A stretch of 64,000 bases of DNA. It comes from Eledone cirrhosa (Eukaryota). Where the stretch lies: positions 131,936,001 through 132,000,000 of the forward strand of contig OZ024741.1 in assembly GCA_964016885.1 (NCBI GenBank), written 5' to 3'. The notes under the pieces are model-generated. The model was not told the DNA's origin and searched no databases. It saw only the letters and a program-made list of their open reading frames with translations. Numbering within the stretch: position 1 is the stretch's first letter; each line of letters opens with the position of its first letter. The position numbers and the translations under genes were made by a program. Of this stretch, positions 15,162-29,625 are shown one piece after another.

Positions 15162-17287
15162 GAGTGTGTACATATATATGAAGGAAAACGATGAACTTTC
15201 GTTTACATGTATTTAGTTTTTATTGTGTACCGACTTGTTACACGCATTTCACAGAGGATTGTCTCAGGGCCACCCATAGAATTATGGACCAGACTCCATT
15301 ATCGACCTGTTCCTCTGATTGGTGATTCAAAAAAAAAATATTGCCTGTGCATCGAGTGGCCGTTTGGTACCTCTACCAGTAATTCATTGAATCATATACA
15401 CTATATATATATATATCTTCTTCCAGGATAATAAAGGAAAATTTGGTGTCAAATGTTCTTGAAAATATACAAAATTGTTCTGGCAAAACCACTTCAGATA
15501 CTTTTTAAAAGGTTCCTTGAAAGAGTTCTAACCTTATGCCTGGAAAGACGGGGGAGCATCCCAGAAGTTGAAAGAATATGTTTTCTATCCATAAAAGCTG
15601 AAATATCTCATGATATGTTGTAGATAAAGGTTCGCTTTGAAGCCAAGTAGTTTAGGATTCGGTAGTACTGCCTGGCACTCTGGTTAATTATCGTCTACCT
15701 TCACCAATACTTTGTGAGTGAAATTTTATAAACGGGAATTCTGCGAATGTCTGTCTATCTGTGTCTGTGCTTACGTCTACATCCCTTTAACATCCAGTAT
15801 TCGACAGATTTAGATCTAGACAATAAGAATTGGCGAGCCATATGATCATCTAAATCATTGAGAGTTGTACCCTGGCATAGATATAATATCATCCAATGAT
15901 AAAATTAAAATTTTATAAAAATTCCGAATATCCTAACCAACGTTAAATTCTTTATTTGGTGACCTTATCTGCTGTGAGTAGCAGCTAGAATCACCCTGAA
16001 AACCACCTTACATTCCTATAAATACAAATTATGTAATGTTGTCCTAAATACATTAAATATGAAATGAGGCAGGACAAACACTTCTTGGGAAATTTTAGTT
16101 ATGAATCGTGGTTGCTCTGGAGCTGAAAAACAAACATATAATCACCACCAATTCTCTGAGAATCAGTAGAGCTTAATTAATATGTGTTACCATATTTAAC
16201 TCAACATTTGTAAGAACTTAGCTTTTAATTCCGTCATTGTTCTTCAATCATCCATACAAAATCGATAAATTAAGTACCTATCACGTAATAATATTAATTT
16301 GATTAATTGTAAACTCAATCGTGTTTGTATCGTTCTGTTTACTTATTACTAATCATGTTGTTGTTGATTTTGATAAGGTCGCTTCTGTTGCTGTCGTTAT
16401 TGTTGTTGTTGTTGTCGCATTTGTCTTGTTATTGTTCTTGCTGTTGCTTTTGTTGCTTTTGTTCCTTTTGTTGTTGCTGTGGTTGTCGATGTTGTTGCTG
16501 CCGCTGTTTCATTGTCCTCCTTTTCATTGCCGTTGCTGTTGTTGATACTGAAGTTGTTTAGCCCCATGTCAGCATGACTAAGTAAACATATGATCAAACA
16601 CATTTTAAACCATGACGTCTTAGTCATGACGTTCCAAAAGCGTCTCTCTTGTTTCATATCCAAACTTACATTACACAATGTGTCCTTCCATTTTAAGACT
16701 TTGACATGTGCGGGAATTCATGGTGATAAATTAGATAGTTATTTCTAAATATTGCATGGTAATGTGATATGATAATTCACTAACCGGAACACCAAAACAA
16801 TATTATCATTTAGGCTATGTGAAAAGGTAAAAGAAAAACTTCAGGATTCTTTCTCTTCTTTCTACTATTTATCAGATTACCTTTAACACCAAAGCAGTGG
16901 AACTTGACAAATTGTTCATGCTTCATTCGGTTATCAACATCAAGCAGGTGTTTGTATATGGTTACAGGATGTTGACGCCATTGCAATTCTAAATAGGATT
17001 TTTGTTATTGACAACAAAGATTCGATATAAACAAAATTTTCTGGAGTTTTCCACCCAGCCATACATAATGCATACAAACATTCATACATACGTACATATA
17101 TACATGCATACATACATACATACGTACATATATACATGCATACATATATACATACACTCGAGTATGTGTGTATAGTCGCACATGCATATATATATACATG
17201 CATATTTATATATATATATATATATGTGTGTGTGCGTGTGCGTGTGTGCGTGTGTGTGTGTGCCTGCGTGCGTGCGTGCGTGCGTGC

Positions 17288-17406
<119 letters not shown>

Positions 17407-18090
17407 CATGTATGTGTGTATTTATGTATATATGCATATTATAAATATTATAAGCATTTCAAATTCGTACACCATTAGAGATACTCAATTCACAGTTTAT
17501 TACACACGGGGAATTATTTCTGTATAAAAAAAAACATACAAAGGGCAAGAAACAACAACAATAACGTGTAATAAAAGCAAGAATTACAACAACAAACAAC
17601 ATCAATAACAATAAAACAACAACGAATCGAAACAACAAGAACAGCAGAAAGGAAATATTGCTGAGAAGAAATAACAATAACCAGAACAGAAGTAAAAAAA
17701 ATGTGGAAAAGTTTACTTGAGAAGCAAAATGTTCGACGGTTATTTCATCGTTAATTGTGGAGAGGAGAGAGGGGAAATCGTTATTTGATGTATCAGTGAA
17801 TGTAACATTAAGATAGGATGAAATGTATATTCCCTGAAAATGTAGCTAAGGATTCTTAGCGGTAAACAGATCAGTTTGAAGATTGCGGTATGAGACTTTC
17901 TTCGTGAGCAGAGAAGCGCAAACATGCACACTTTCACGTTTTACATAAGAAAAAAAAATTTAAAGAAAAATTTTAAATTTAAAACTAACACAAACAAAAA
18001 TCACAGCTACGGGAAATGGAAACAGCTGAAACATGAATAACCATGAGAAGAATATCAATGAGAATTTAATAAATGATAAGGATGATGATG

Positions 18091-18138
<48 letters not shown>

Positions 18139-18388
18139 TTTTCTTGTTTTCTTTATTAACCACAAGGGTTCACATAAAGTAGACATTAAGGACAGTACAG
18201 GACAATACAGGACGGTACAAATGGGCATTTCTGCGTGTAAAAAAACAGAGGTTGAAATAAAATAACAAAGAAAAATTCCCCAATAGGGGGGAGACTTCCA
18301 AGGGACATTTGTGGAGAAAGCCCATTAAAAGACCACAGTGGCCCTGACCACCAGGGTAAGTGCCCTCTCCCAGTTTTCCACCTTTAAT

Positions 18389-21300
18389 TTACAGACACAT
18401 ACTTAGAGAAGGCCCATTCATTCGGGCCATACTTGCTTCTCTCACCCATCTTTCAACAAAATGCTGGGAAGAGAGCACTTCCCTCTCTACCCTGATTTTC
18501 CTTTTCAAATGAAATTTGAAAAAGTTAATCAGGGCATCACCGAAGAGGTAAGTGCTCGTCTTCAGCCCTTTCAAACGTGTCCACCATACTATCTCTTTCG
18601 CCATGGCCACCAGACAGATAAAAACTGCCTGCCCTTCCCGGCTAAAGGAAGAGGCCGGGGCAATCCTCACGATGGACTCAGCTGATAGCTGGATCCGTCA
18701 TACACGTGACAGCAGGTGTTCGACATAAACCCACAAGTCAGCAATGCTCGGACACTGGACGAGTGCGTGCAGGACGGTTTCGTCGCCCTATGCGCATCTC
18801 GGACATGCCCGGCTGACGGCACCTCCATGCCTGTAGAGTTTATCCCGAACTGGCAAAGCTCCTCGGTAGCACTGCCAGGCCAGGGATTTCTGGAAGTTGT
18901 CCATAGGCCCCGGCCCGAAAGTCCTTCCGAAGAGATTGGCTAGTTGATTTTCGTCGACGCCTAGAGTTTCTCCAAGTACGTCGTCGCTCTTCCCCTCCAC
19001 TAATCCCCTATAGAACGCCAAGGTGGAGTTTCCACCGATCACATTGCCCGATTGGTCGAGGGCTGTGAGCACCTGAATACATTCCAGTTTCCAAGCGCTC
19101 CCTCTCGGTCTTCGCTTGACCCAGGACTGCAGCTCCGTCAAGGAGACGAGCTGGGGAAAAACGTGTCTAGCAAACGGCGACCACACCTGATCACCGTCGA
19201 GGAAGAGGTGGAGATGTCGTAGCCTGAGCGCGTGTCTGCGCATCATCAGCCACGGCATGCCCAGCCCTCCACGTAGCGGGTGTTGACAGCAGATGGACCG
19301 CCTGACCATCGGAGCGCGTCCCTTCCACAAGAAGCGAAAGAGCAAACGCTCCAGCGCAGTCAGGCGGGGCTTAGGACAAGGTACGACGGTCAGGCGGTAG
19401 TAGATGACGGATGCGATGTACGCATTCGCCACCTCCGCTCGACCTTTCAGGGATAGCTTTCTCTCGGTCCATTTCTGGGTGAGAGAAGCCACCCTGCTCG
19501 TCACCTCGTCCCAGTTTTTGTCCGTCTGGAGGTCTGGACCGAACCAGACCCCTATCAATTTAACCGGTTCGTCCGTCCAGCGCCCGACGACGCTGTTGGA
19601 CGGCATGGACCTGCCTCTCCAGGTGCCGAGCTGCAGGCCCACTGACTTTTCTTGGTTGATCATTGCTCCTGTCACCGCTTCGTATTCTCTAAGTGTAGTG
19701 CCGATCGCCTCGATGTGTTTGGCGTTCGACACCACTACGGTGACATCGTCGGCATATGCTGACACGGATCTTCCGCATCCTAGTTCGCGCGGGATCCCCC
19801 TCAACGTCTCCAGTTTGTGCAGTAATGGCTCGAGAGTCAATACGTACAATAGGGACGAGAGAGGACATCCTTGGCGGACAGAGCGCATGATGTTGAACGG
19901 TTCCGAAAGGTGACCGTTCACTCTCACTACAGAGCAGATGTCGCTGTGCATGGCAGCGATCCAGCCTCTGAAGACGGGCCCAAAGCCAGCCGCCCTCAGG
20001 ACTGCCGCTAGGTAACGATGGTCGACCCTATCGAAGGCTTTCGACTGATCTAAATTGATCAAAGACCCACCCGTGCCAGGTTCCCTAGCTACCCTCTCTA
20101 CGATGTATCGCATGTGGTGGAGGTTGTCGTGGATGGATCTGTCGGGAATGGCTCATGTCTGTGCCTCTCCCACCAGACCACCAACAACAAGCGCCAACCT
20201 CTTTGCTAGCACCTTGGCCAAAATCTTGAACTCTGTGTTTAGAAGAGTTATGGGCCTAAAAATATCTATATTATCCCCCTTGTTCTGATCCTTTCTCAGC
20301 AGCGCCACCGCTCCTCGGCTCACAGAACTGGGAATTCTCCCGTTCTGTTGCCAGTTGCAGTAGACGTCCGCCAAGGGGCCTCCGAACAAGTCTGGCATCT
20401 GTACGTAAAGTTCATAGGGCAGACCATCCAAACCAGGCGATTTACCCCTTGTGCAGCCAGTCATTGCCTCCCTTACTTCAGCGGCTGTTATCTGCTTTTC
20501 GCAACACTTCGCCTCAGTGGCCGAGGGCCGCGGCAGTCCGTCGAGGTAGACACTAAAGTCCATCCCTCGATCCGACCAGCCGCTGCCCCCGAACAGCTGA
20601 GCGAAGTGTCGCTGAAAAGCTTCACACATTTTCCCGGGATCGAGTAGCATGCGCCTGTCGTGGTTCACCAAAGACCGGATCGTGGCTTTGTTGCCACGAC
20701 GCGCCTCCGCCACTCGGGCCCATTGAACGGCTTTCGTCCCCTCGTGTCTGAGAGCACGCACCCTAGCTCTGACAACGGAGCCTTCGTGCTTTGCATTGAA
20801 GAATTGGTCAAGGGCCAATTTCGCCGCAAGCACGTCGGTCGCAATGCCTTTTCAGAGCAAACCACCACTTGTTGTTGACGATGGCCCCCGTCAACGCCCG
20901 CTTAACTAGCTCGCTAATCCGGTCTCTGTAGGCCTTGCGCGCTGGTAAGGAACGGTTTAGCTTCCAGTAGCCGGGTCCTCGTCTATGAAGCCTATCTAAG
21001 TCAAGCACACAGATCACGAATTTGTGGTCCGTGTAGCTGACTATCTTGAATTGTGGACAGCCTATGCTAGACCTATCTATTTCCCTACAATATACTCTAT
21101 CTAGATATGATCTGGATGACCCTATGCGATTTGTCCAAGTCCACATTGGCACATTCGGGAAATCCAATCGGTACCTGTCAGACAGTTCAAAACGCCTGAG
21201 CAGGTTGGTGAGGGTCTTGCACCCTCCACCCCTATCCGCTAATCCCACACAGTCCCAGCGTGCATCTAAGATCCCGTTCCAGTCGCCCACTAACACTAAA

Positions 21301-21703
21301 GATCGGGACGTTCCAAGAGAGGTCTCCAGACGCCGGAAGAAATCAGGCCGCCCTGCTCCTGTCGGGGCATAAACGCCCACTAGCCTGAAAGCTTGCCCGT
21401 CTCCGCTGGTCACGTCCAGCACCACCAGCTTACCCTCTGGGTCCAGGAAGATGGCCCGTATGGCGAGATCCAAACCTCTCCGAAAAAGCACAGCAACTCC
21501 GCCCCCGATCCAGGACGGCTGGGAGATGCGTACACATCGTAGCCGCCGAAGATCGGTGCGAAGGCCCGTGCTTCGGAGATTCTGGTCTCGCTGATGGCCA
21601 CTACATCTATGTTTAGTGACCTGATGTCGTTGAGCAGGTGACCCTGCTTCCATGACGACCCCAAGCCACGCGCATTTATGCTGCCTATTCTGAGTGAGGT
21701 CAT
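18389..21703 (-). pseudogene. Tx1 A1 ORF2 (APE endonuclease-RT-CCHC), disrupted
   Basis: SINARGL, GDWN, YLDR, TDHK, KSPGLDG, DQSKAFD, RQGCPLS, YADD, CPRC. Frameshift ~21505, deletion ~20853, stops at 20153 and 18788. Confidence 0.93.
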
Positions 21704-21738
21704 GATTAAAATAGAGTGGAAAAGATGGGAAAGACCAC

Positions 21739-23833
21739 TTACCGTACTTTTCGTAGAGGAGGGATGGTTTTTACATCCCTTTTCACTTGATCGTCTGGTT
21801 GAATCGTCCCTTCGGCTGGTCGTCGGCTCTTCTATGAGAATGTCTGAATATACTCTTCGATTGATAGTTCCTCCTAGGTCCCTGAAATCACCAACTGCGT
21901 TGGGGAATTTCGTTTTAGTGTTTGTGTATTGTTTCTGTGCTATTTTTAGCAGTCTTATGTTAGTTGGCGTTTTGATTGGTGCTGGTATTATGTATTCGTG
22001 TTGTGAAATGTCTGTGTGTTCAATTATGTAAGTCATTAGTTTCTTGTTGTGTGTATTTATGGCCGTGCATTTGTTTTTCTGGGGGTGCGGTGTGGTTCTG
22101 CTATTTTCTTGTCGTTGTTGCTGGGTGTGTGTGTTTTGTTGTTGTGTTTGCGATGTTGGTGCTTGTGGTGGTGGTGTTGAAGGTGTTGTTGGCGGTGGGG
22201 TTGTCGCCGGTGGTGATGGTGGTGCTAGTGTGGGTGGTGATGGTGTTGGTGGTGTTGCTGCTGTAAGTCTCTTTGCAGTAGACTTTACCCTTTTCTAATT
22301 TCTTTCCTCCCTTTTCAAAGGCGACGATGCGCTGCTTCTGCGTTTGTGCCTTCTTACGACCTTTTGCCATCCCTCTCCCACCTCACACTCCATGTCTGAT
22401 TCTGTGAGGTCGGGGAGGGGTACCAGCTCCACTCTTTCACTTGTTGTTGTTGGTGATGTCTGCACTGGAGTCTCTGTTGCAGCTGCATTTGGTATTGCTG
22501 TTGTTGTTGTTAATATTTCCACTGCTGCTGCTGTTTTTGATTTCCGTGGCGTGGGTATGGGTGCCACGGACCTATCGTTCCTGGTTGCCGCTTGTCCTGT
22601 TGCTGGTAGCTGTGGAGCCGGTTTCGGAAGGAGGGGGGTTTTCTCCTTTCTCAGGGTCTTCTCGTTGCAGAAGGCCCTGAGGTGAGTCTTCGATCCACAG
22701 CGAAAGCATTTCGGGCGTTTGCCCTCAACACTTATGGGCAGTTGAGTGCCGTTATCGAAGTCTATCACATCCGGGATAGCTTCGATGCACTCCTGGTTGG
22801 TTTGGATTAGCATCTCAATGGAGGTGCCGATCCAATCTTCTCTTACTTTTTTCTGTACTTGCAGTACAGTTGTTTTGTCCTCGATTCCGACGAGGACAGA
22901 CGCGGCCAGCCAAGAAGGGGCCATTCCGGGGGGGACGTGGGTCAGTTTGACCCTCACAATTTTTTTCCCGCAGTAGGAGGGCACCAACACCATTTCCTCG
23001 CTCCTTAGGGTCACTAAGGATTGAGCCTTTGCCTCCTGGGGTGTGGCAAAAAGCACGTCTACGGTGGCATATTTCTTGCCTCGGGTGATATGCGTTATCC
23101 GCTGCCACACAGATCCTAAGGCTTTTTGTATTTGAGCCTCTGTGGCTCTTTCAACCCTACGGGATTTTGTGCTTACTGTACGGTACGTGACCGTACAGTG
23201 CTGTTGGGTTTCTAAAAAATTTTCCGCTGCCTTGCAGATTGCTCGGTGTCCGTTCTTTGTAACCATCTTCTTCGCTTCCTCTAATTCCTCATTTGTTATG
23301 AGGATTGTTTCCAAGTTTTTCGCAATACCTGCAAATGAGATTTGTTTTTCTTTGCTGCTGTTGTTGTTGTTGTCGTGAGAGCTACTGTTACTTTTGTTGT
23401 TGCTGCAGGTACTACGACTACTGCCTCCGCCGCTGTTGTTGTGGTTGTTGTTGGTGTTGCTGCTGCTGCTAATGCTGTTGTTGTTTATGCTGCTGGTGAT
23501 GCTCTTGCGGCTGCTACTGTTGTTTTCATTGTCACTGTTGCTGTTGTTATTACGACTGCTACTGCTATTATTCCTGACGTCAGACGAATGAACTGGGTTT
23601 TCGTATTTCCCGCACACCTGTTTCGTCGCTGTCGTCGTCGTCGTGGAGAAACCTTGCACGCTTTGCACGAGACTTTTCTTTTCTTTCGTCGCTTGCGAAA
23701 GAGAAGGGAGGGAGAGAGACACATTTAAAGAAGGGAGGGAGAGAGACAATCTTCTCTCTGCTGTAGTGATGATTGAGGAAGAAGAAGACGGAATGAGTGG
23801 GAGTGACCTATGAAATTTCTTTTTCGTAGCCAT
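21739..23833 (-). pseudogene. Tx1 A1 ORF1 (zinc-knuckle protein), disrupted
   Basis: CFRCGSKTHLRAFC knuckle. GAG>TAG nonsense at 22295 and an 11-nt deletion near 21800 relative to the intact A3 ORF1. Confidence 0.9.
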
Positions 23834-24050
23834 GTTGTTTTTTTTTGTTTAAAATAAATGTTGGGTACAAAACCCCAATAAGCAGTTATTTAACCCCGAA
23901 GGGCCAAATAACGGGCAGAAAGACCCCTCTCACGAGGAGGAGGGTGTTTTTGTCTACAAGTTCGTTAAAGTTTTAAACAATTTACAATTGTTATAGTGTT
24001 CAAAATTTACAATACCTTACATAGCCGAGCCTCCGTCAACCATAGCATTC

Positions 24051-24093
<43 letters not shown>

Positions 24094-24100
<7 letters not shown>

Positions 24101-24465
24101 CATTTGAAAAATTGAGCAAGTATAAGGACCTGGAGATAGAAATTGGAAAAATGTGGAAATTGAGAACTAAAACAATACCAGTGGTTGTAGGCGCTCTGGG
24201 AATGATACCTAAGGGGTCTAATGATTACTTATCGCAAATCCCAGGAAACCCGCGTATAGGAGAAATACAAAAGATAGTACTAATGGGAACTGCCCATATA
24301 CTAAGGAAGATTCTATCAATATCAGTACATCACAAGTCTAAACACTAAAGATGCATGTGTGAGTATGTATGTTCTTTCTTGAACATGGCGGACCTTGTTG
24401 TCTCTTGAGGTCAATGGTTGTGATTGGTGATAACTCGTATGAACATAAAGCAAGATAAATGCAAC

Positions 24466-24466
<1 letters not shown>
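24094..24466 (+). mobile_element. 5'-truncated R4/Dong-like LINE fragment (RLE C-terminus and 3' UTR) between (AAT)n tracts
   Basis: KLSKYKDLEIEI...IPVVVGALG...HILRKILS. Nearly identical to 45775-46148. Confidence 0.93.
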
Positions 24467-24501
<35 letters not shown>

Positions 24502-24503
<2 letters not shown>

Positions 24504-27500
24504 TTTCTTTATTAACCACAAGGGTTTACATAAAGTAGACATTAAGGACAGTACAGGACAATACAGGACGGTACAAATGGGCATTTCTGCGTGTAAAAAG
24601 AAACAGAGGATGTAATAAAATAACAATGAAAAATTCCCCAATAGGGGGGAGACTTCCGAGGGACATTTCTGGAGAAAGCCCATTAAAAGACCACAGTGAC
24701 CCTGACCACCAAGGCAAGTGCCCTCTCCCAGTTTTCCACCTTTAATTTACAGACACATACTTAGAGAAGGCCCATTCATTCGGGCCATACTTGCTTCTCT
24801 CACCCATCTTTCAACAAAATGCTGGGAAGAGAGCACTTTCCTCTCTACCCTGATTTTCCATTTCAAATGAAATTTGAAAAAGTTAATCAGGGCATCACCG
24901 AAGAGGTAAGTGCTCGTCTTCAGCCCTTTCAAACGTGTCCACCATATTATCTCATTCGCCATGGCCACCAGACAGATAAAAACTGCTTGCCCAGTCCCGG
25001 CTAAAGGAAGAGGCCGGGGCAATCCTCACGATGGACTCAGCTGATAGCTGGATCCGTCCTACACGTGACAGCAGGTGTTCGACATAAACCCACAAGTCAG
25101 CAATGCTCGGACACTGGACGAGTGCGTGCAGGACGGTTTCGTCGCCCTATGCGCATCTCGGACATGCCCGGCTGACGGCACCTCCATGCCTGTAGAGTTT
25201 ATCCCGAACTGGCAAAGCTCCCCTGTAGCACTGCCAGGCCAGGGATTTCTGGAAGTTGTCCATAGGCCCGGCCCGAAAGTCCTTCCGAAGAGATTGGCTA
25301 GTTGATTTTCGTCGAGGCCCAGAGTTTCTCCAAGTACGTCGTCGCTCTTCCCCTCCACTAATCCTCTATAGAACGCCAAGGTGGAGTTTCCACCGATCAC
25401 ATTGCCAGATTGGTCGAGGGCTGAGAGCACTGAAGACATTCCAGTCTCCAAGCACTCCGTCTCGGTCTTCGCTTGACCCAGGACTGCAGCTCCGTCAAGG
25501 AGACGAGCTGGGGAAAAACGTATCTAGCAAAGGGCGACCAGATCTGATCACCGTCGAGGAAGAGGTGGAGATGTCGTAGCCTGAGCGCGTGTCTGCTCAT
25601 CATCAGCCAAGGCATGCCCAGCCCTCCACATAGCGGGTGTTGACGGCAGATGGACCGCCTGACCATCGGAGCGCGTCCCTTCCACAAAAAGCGAAAGAGC
25701 AAACGCTCCAGCGCAGTCAGGCGGGGCTTAGGACAAGGTACGACGGTCAGGCGGTAGTAGATGACGGACGCGATGTACGCATTAGCCACCTCCGCTCGAC
25801 CTTTCAGGGATAGCTTCCTCTCCGCCCTTTTCTGGGTGAGAGAAGCCACCCTGCTCGTCACCTCGTCCCAGTTTTTGTCCGTCTGGAGGTCTGGACCGAA
25901 CCAGACCCCTAGCAATTTAACTGGTCCGTCCGTCCAGCGCCCGACGACGCTGTTGGACGGCATGGACCTGCCTCTCCAGGTGCCGAGCTGCAGGCTCACT
26001 GACTTTTCCTGGTTGATCATTGCTCCTGTCACCGCTTCGTATTCTCTTGGTGTAGTGCAAATCTCCTCGATGTGTTTGGCGTTCGACACCACTAAGGTGA
26101 CATCGTCCGCATATGCTGACACGGATCTTCCGCATCCTAGTTCGCGCGGGACGCCCCTCAACGTCACCAGTTTGTGCAGTAATGGCTCGAGAGTCAATAC
26201 GTACAAGAGGGACGAGAGGGGACATCCTTGGCGGACCGAGCGCATGATGTTGAACAGTTCCGAAAGATGACCGTTCACTCTCACAACAGAGTAGATGTCG
26301 CTGTGCATGGCAGCGACCCAGCCTCTGAAGACGGGCTCAAAGCCAGCCGCCCTCAGGACTGCTGCTAGGTAACGATGGTCGACCCTATCGAAAGCTTTAG
26401 ACTGATCTAAATTGATCAAGGACCCACCCGTGCCAGGTTCCCTAGCTACCCTCTCTACGATGTATCGCATGAGGTGGAGGTTATCGTGGATGGATCTGTC
26501 GGGAATAGCGCATGTCTGCGCCTCTCCCACCAGACCAGCAACGACAAGCGCCAACCTCTTTGCTAGCACCTTGGCCAAAATCTTGAACTCTGTGTTTAGG
26601 AGTGTTATGGGCCTAAAATTATCTATGTTATCCCCCTTGTTCGGATCCTTTCTCAGCAGAGCCACCGCTCCTCGGCTCACAGAGCTGGGAATTCTCCCGT
26701 TCTCTTGCCAGTTGCAGTAGACGTCCGCCAAGAGGCCTCCGAACAAGTCTGGCATCTGTACGTAAAGTTCATAGGGCAGACCATCCAAACCTGGCGATTT
26801 ACCCCTTGTGCAGCTAGTCATTGCCTCCCGTACTTCAGCGGCTGTTATCGGCTTTTCGCAACACTCCGCCTCACTGGCCGAGAGCCGCGGCAGTCTGTCG
26901 CGGTAGACACTAAAGTCTATCCCTCGATCCGGCCCGCCACTGCCCCCGAACAGTTGAGCGAAGTGTCGCTGAAAAGCTTCACACATTTTCCCGGGATCGA
27001 GTAGCATGCGCCCGTCGTGGTCCACCAAAGACCGGATCGTGGCTTTGTTGCCACGAGGTGCCTCCGCACTCGGGCCCATTGAACGGCTTTCGTCCCCTCG
27101 TTTCTTAGAGCACGCACCCTAGCTCTGACAACGCAGCCTTCGTGCTTTGCATTGAAGAATTGGTCAAGGGCCAATTTCGCCGCAAGTACGTCGGTCGCGA
27201 TGCCTTTGCAAAGCGCCTCGTCTAATTTTCTAACTAATTCTCTCTCTGCTCTATTTTTCTCTATTGCTAAAGCCTTACTAAAGCTAATGGACTCTATTCT
27301 AATTGCTCTTTTCAGAGCAAACCACCACTTGTTGTTGACGATGGCCCCCGCCAACGCCCGCTTAACTAGTTCGCTAATCCGGTCTCTGTAGGCCTTGCGC
27401 GCTGGTAAGGACGCGTTTAGCTTCCAGTAGCCGGGTCCTCGTCTATGAAGCCTATATAAGTCAAGCACACAGATCACGAATTTGTGGTCCGTGTAGCTGA

Positions 27501-29625
27501 CTATCTTGAATTGTGGACAGCCTATGCTAGATCTATCTATTTCCCTACAAAATACTCTATCTTGATATGATCTGGATGACCCTATGCGATTTGTCCAAGT
27601 CCACATTGGTACATTCGGGAAATCCAATCGGTACCTGTCAGACAGTTCAAAACGCCTGAGCAGGTTGGTGAGACTCTTGCACCCTCCTTCCCTATCCACT
27701 AATCCCACACAATCCCAGCGTGCATCTAAGATCCCGTTCCAGTCGCCCACTAACACTAAAGATCGGGACGTTCCAAGAAAGGTCTCTAGACACCGGAAGA
27801 AATCAGGCCGCCCTGCTCCTGTCGGGGCATAGACGGCCACTAGCCTGAAAGCTTGCCCGTCTCCGCTGGTCACGTCTAGCACCACCAACTTACCTTCTGG
27901 GTCCAGGAAGATGGCCCGTATGGCAAGTTCCAAACCTCTCCGAAAAAGCACAGCAACTCCCCCCCCCCCGATCCCGGACGGCTGGGAGATGCGTACACAT
28001 CGTAGCCGCCGAAGATCGGTGTGAAGGCCCGTGCTTCGGAGATTCTGGTCTCGCTGATGGCCACTACATCTATGTTTAGTGACCTGAGGTCGTTGAGCAG
28101 GTGGCCCTGTTTCCATGACGACCCCAAGCCACGCGGATTTATGCTGCCTATTCTGAGTGAGGTCATGTTGAAAAGGAGTGGAAAAGATGGGAAAGACTAC
28201 TTACCTTACTTCTCGTAGAGGAAGGACGGTTTTTCCATCCTTTTCACTGCTTGTGGCTTCCTCACGAACGATGTCCTTATAAATCCTCCTGGAGAGTGCT
28301 TGTTGGAAGTCTCCGATGTCTTTGGGGAATTTTTGTTTCAGTGTCATGTACGTTTTCTGTGTGATGCGAGTGATTTGTATGTGTGGAGGTGGTGTGAATG
28401 TTTGGGTTGTTGTGTAGTCTTTTTCTGTGATGCTGGTGTTGTGTTGGATGTAGTGTAATAATTGCTTGTTGTTCAAATTTAATGCTGTGTAGTGTGTATC
28501 GTTTTGGTTGTTTTGTTTTGTTTGTGTTTGTTGTGGGTTTGTTTCTGTTACGCATTTTGGCGACTTTTGTGGTGTAGGTGATGGTGGTGTTGGGGTTAAT
28601 GATGTTGATGGTGTTGGTGCTTGGGGTGATGGGGTTGGTGATGCTGGTGTGGATGGTGGCATATCTGTCCTAACTTTTTTGTTTGTTAATTTATTTGTTT
28701 CCCTCTGTATTTTGTTTTTGGAGGGGGAAGGAAGAGAATTTTTTCTTTTTTGATTTCTTTTTTTTTCCTGATACCGTTTCCCACTCCTCGTCATCACAAT
28801 CTGTCTCCAGTTGTGATAGGCCGGGGAATGGAAAATCCTCCACAGGCGTTAGTTTTGGTTGTGGCGTGGTGGATGGTGTAGGCGCTGGTGCTAGTTCTGA
28901 AGCGTTGGGTGGTGGTGGTGGTGGTTTTGGTGGTGGTGGTGGTGTTGGTTTTGCTACTGTTGCTGGGATTGTTGCTGTTATAGTTGCTTCTGGTGTTACT
29001 GCTACAGTTGTTGCTGCCATCTCTGCTACTGGTGGTGCTGATGGTTGAGTCACTGGGGTGGGTGGGAGAGGTGGCCTCAACCTTTTAGCCTGAAGGCAGA
29101 AAGCTCTTAGGTGGGTTCCTTCACCACAAACGATACACCTAGGCCTTCTGCCCTCGACAATTACGGTGAGGTGGCTGCGTCAGTGAGGTCTATTACCTCT
29201 GGGATCTCCTCAATGCTTTTTTGGTCCGCTTGGATCAGGAGCTCCTTCCCAGATCCGGACCAGTTCTCCTGCTTTTCTTTTTCTATTGCTATTATCTTTG
29301 TGTTGGCTTCGACGCCGGCGAGGACGGCCGCTATTAGCCAGGGAATTTCAATGGCCGGTAGAACTTGGGTCACCCTGATCTTTACTAATCTCTGGCCACA
29401 ATAGCTTGGGACGAGTGTGAAGTCGTCACTTCTTAATGGAGCCATGGAGTGTTCTCTAGCCTCCTCTGGTGTTTCAAAGAACACGTCCACGGTTCCATAC
29501 TTCTGCCCACGTCTGATGTGGGTTTTTCTTGCCCACACATGTCCCAAAGCTTTTTGGATTTGGGACTCAGATGCCCGTTCCACTCGGCGCGATTTTACAT
29601 TTATTGTTCGATACGACACGGTGCA
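24502..29625 (-). mobile_element. Tx1-like LINE copy B: A-type ORF2 with a divergent ORF1, 5' part missing
   Basis: Frameshifted ORF2 (24747-28166) is nearly identical to A. ORF1 (28201-29625) has knuckle CIVCGEGTHLRAFC and a divergent sequence. Confidence 0.9.

Larger units (their letters stand above)
18138..24050 (-). mobile_element. Tx1-like (L1 clade) LINE copy A1, both termini present, defective
   Basis: 5' end gaatgctatggttgacgg and 3' end AATAAA-gaaaac both abut (ATT)n. ORF1 and APE-RT ORF2 are present. Confidence 0.93.

Noticed and set aside
21410-22036. In-frame ORF1-ORF2 read-through in copy A1
   Set aside because: It is caused by a private 11-nt deletion in a copy already broken both upstream and downstream.
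23915-23950. HDV-like ribozyme suggested by the TCCTCGT loop in the Tx1 5' UTR
   Set aside because: No matching P1, P1.1 GG or J4/2 could be placed. Kept only as a hairpin.
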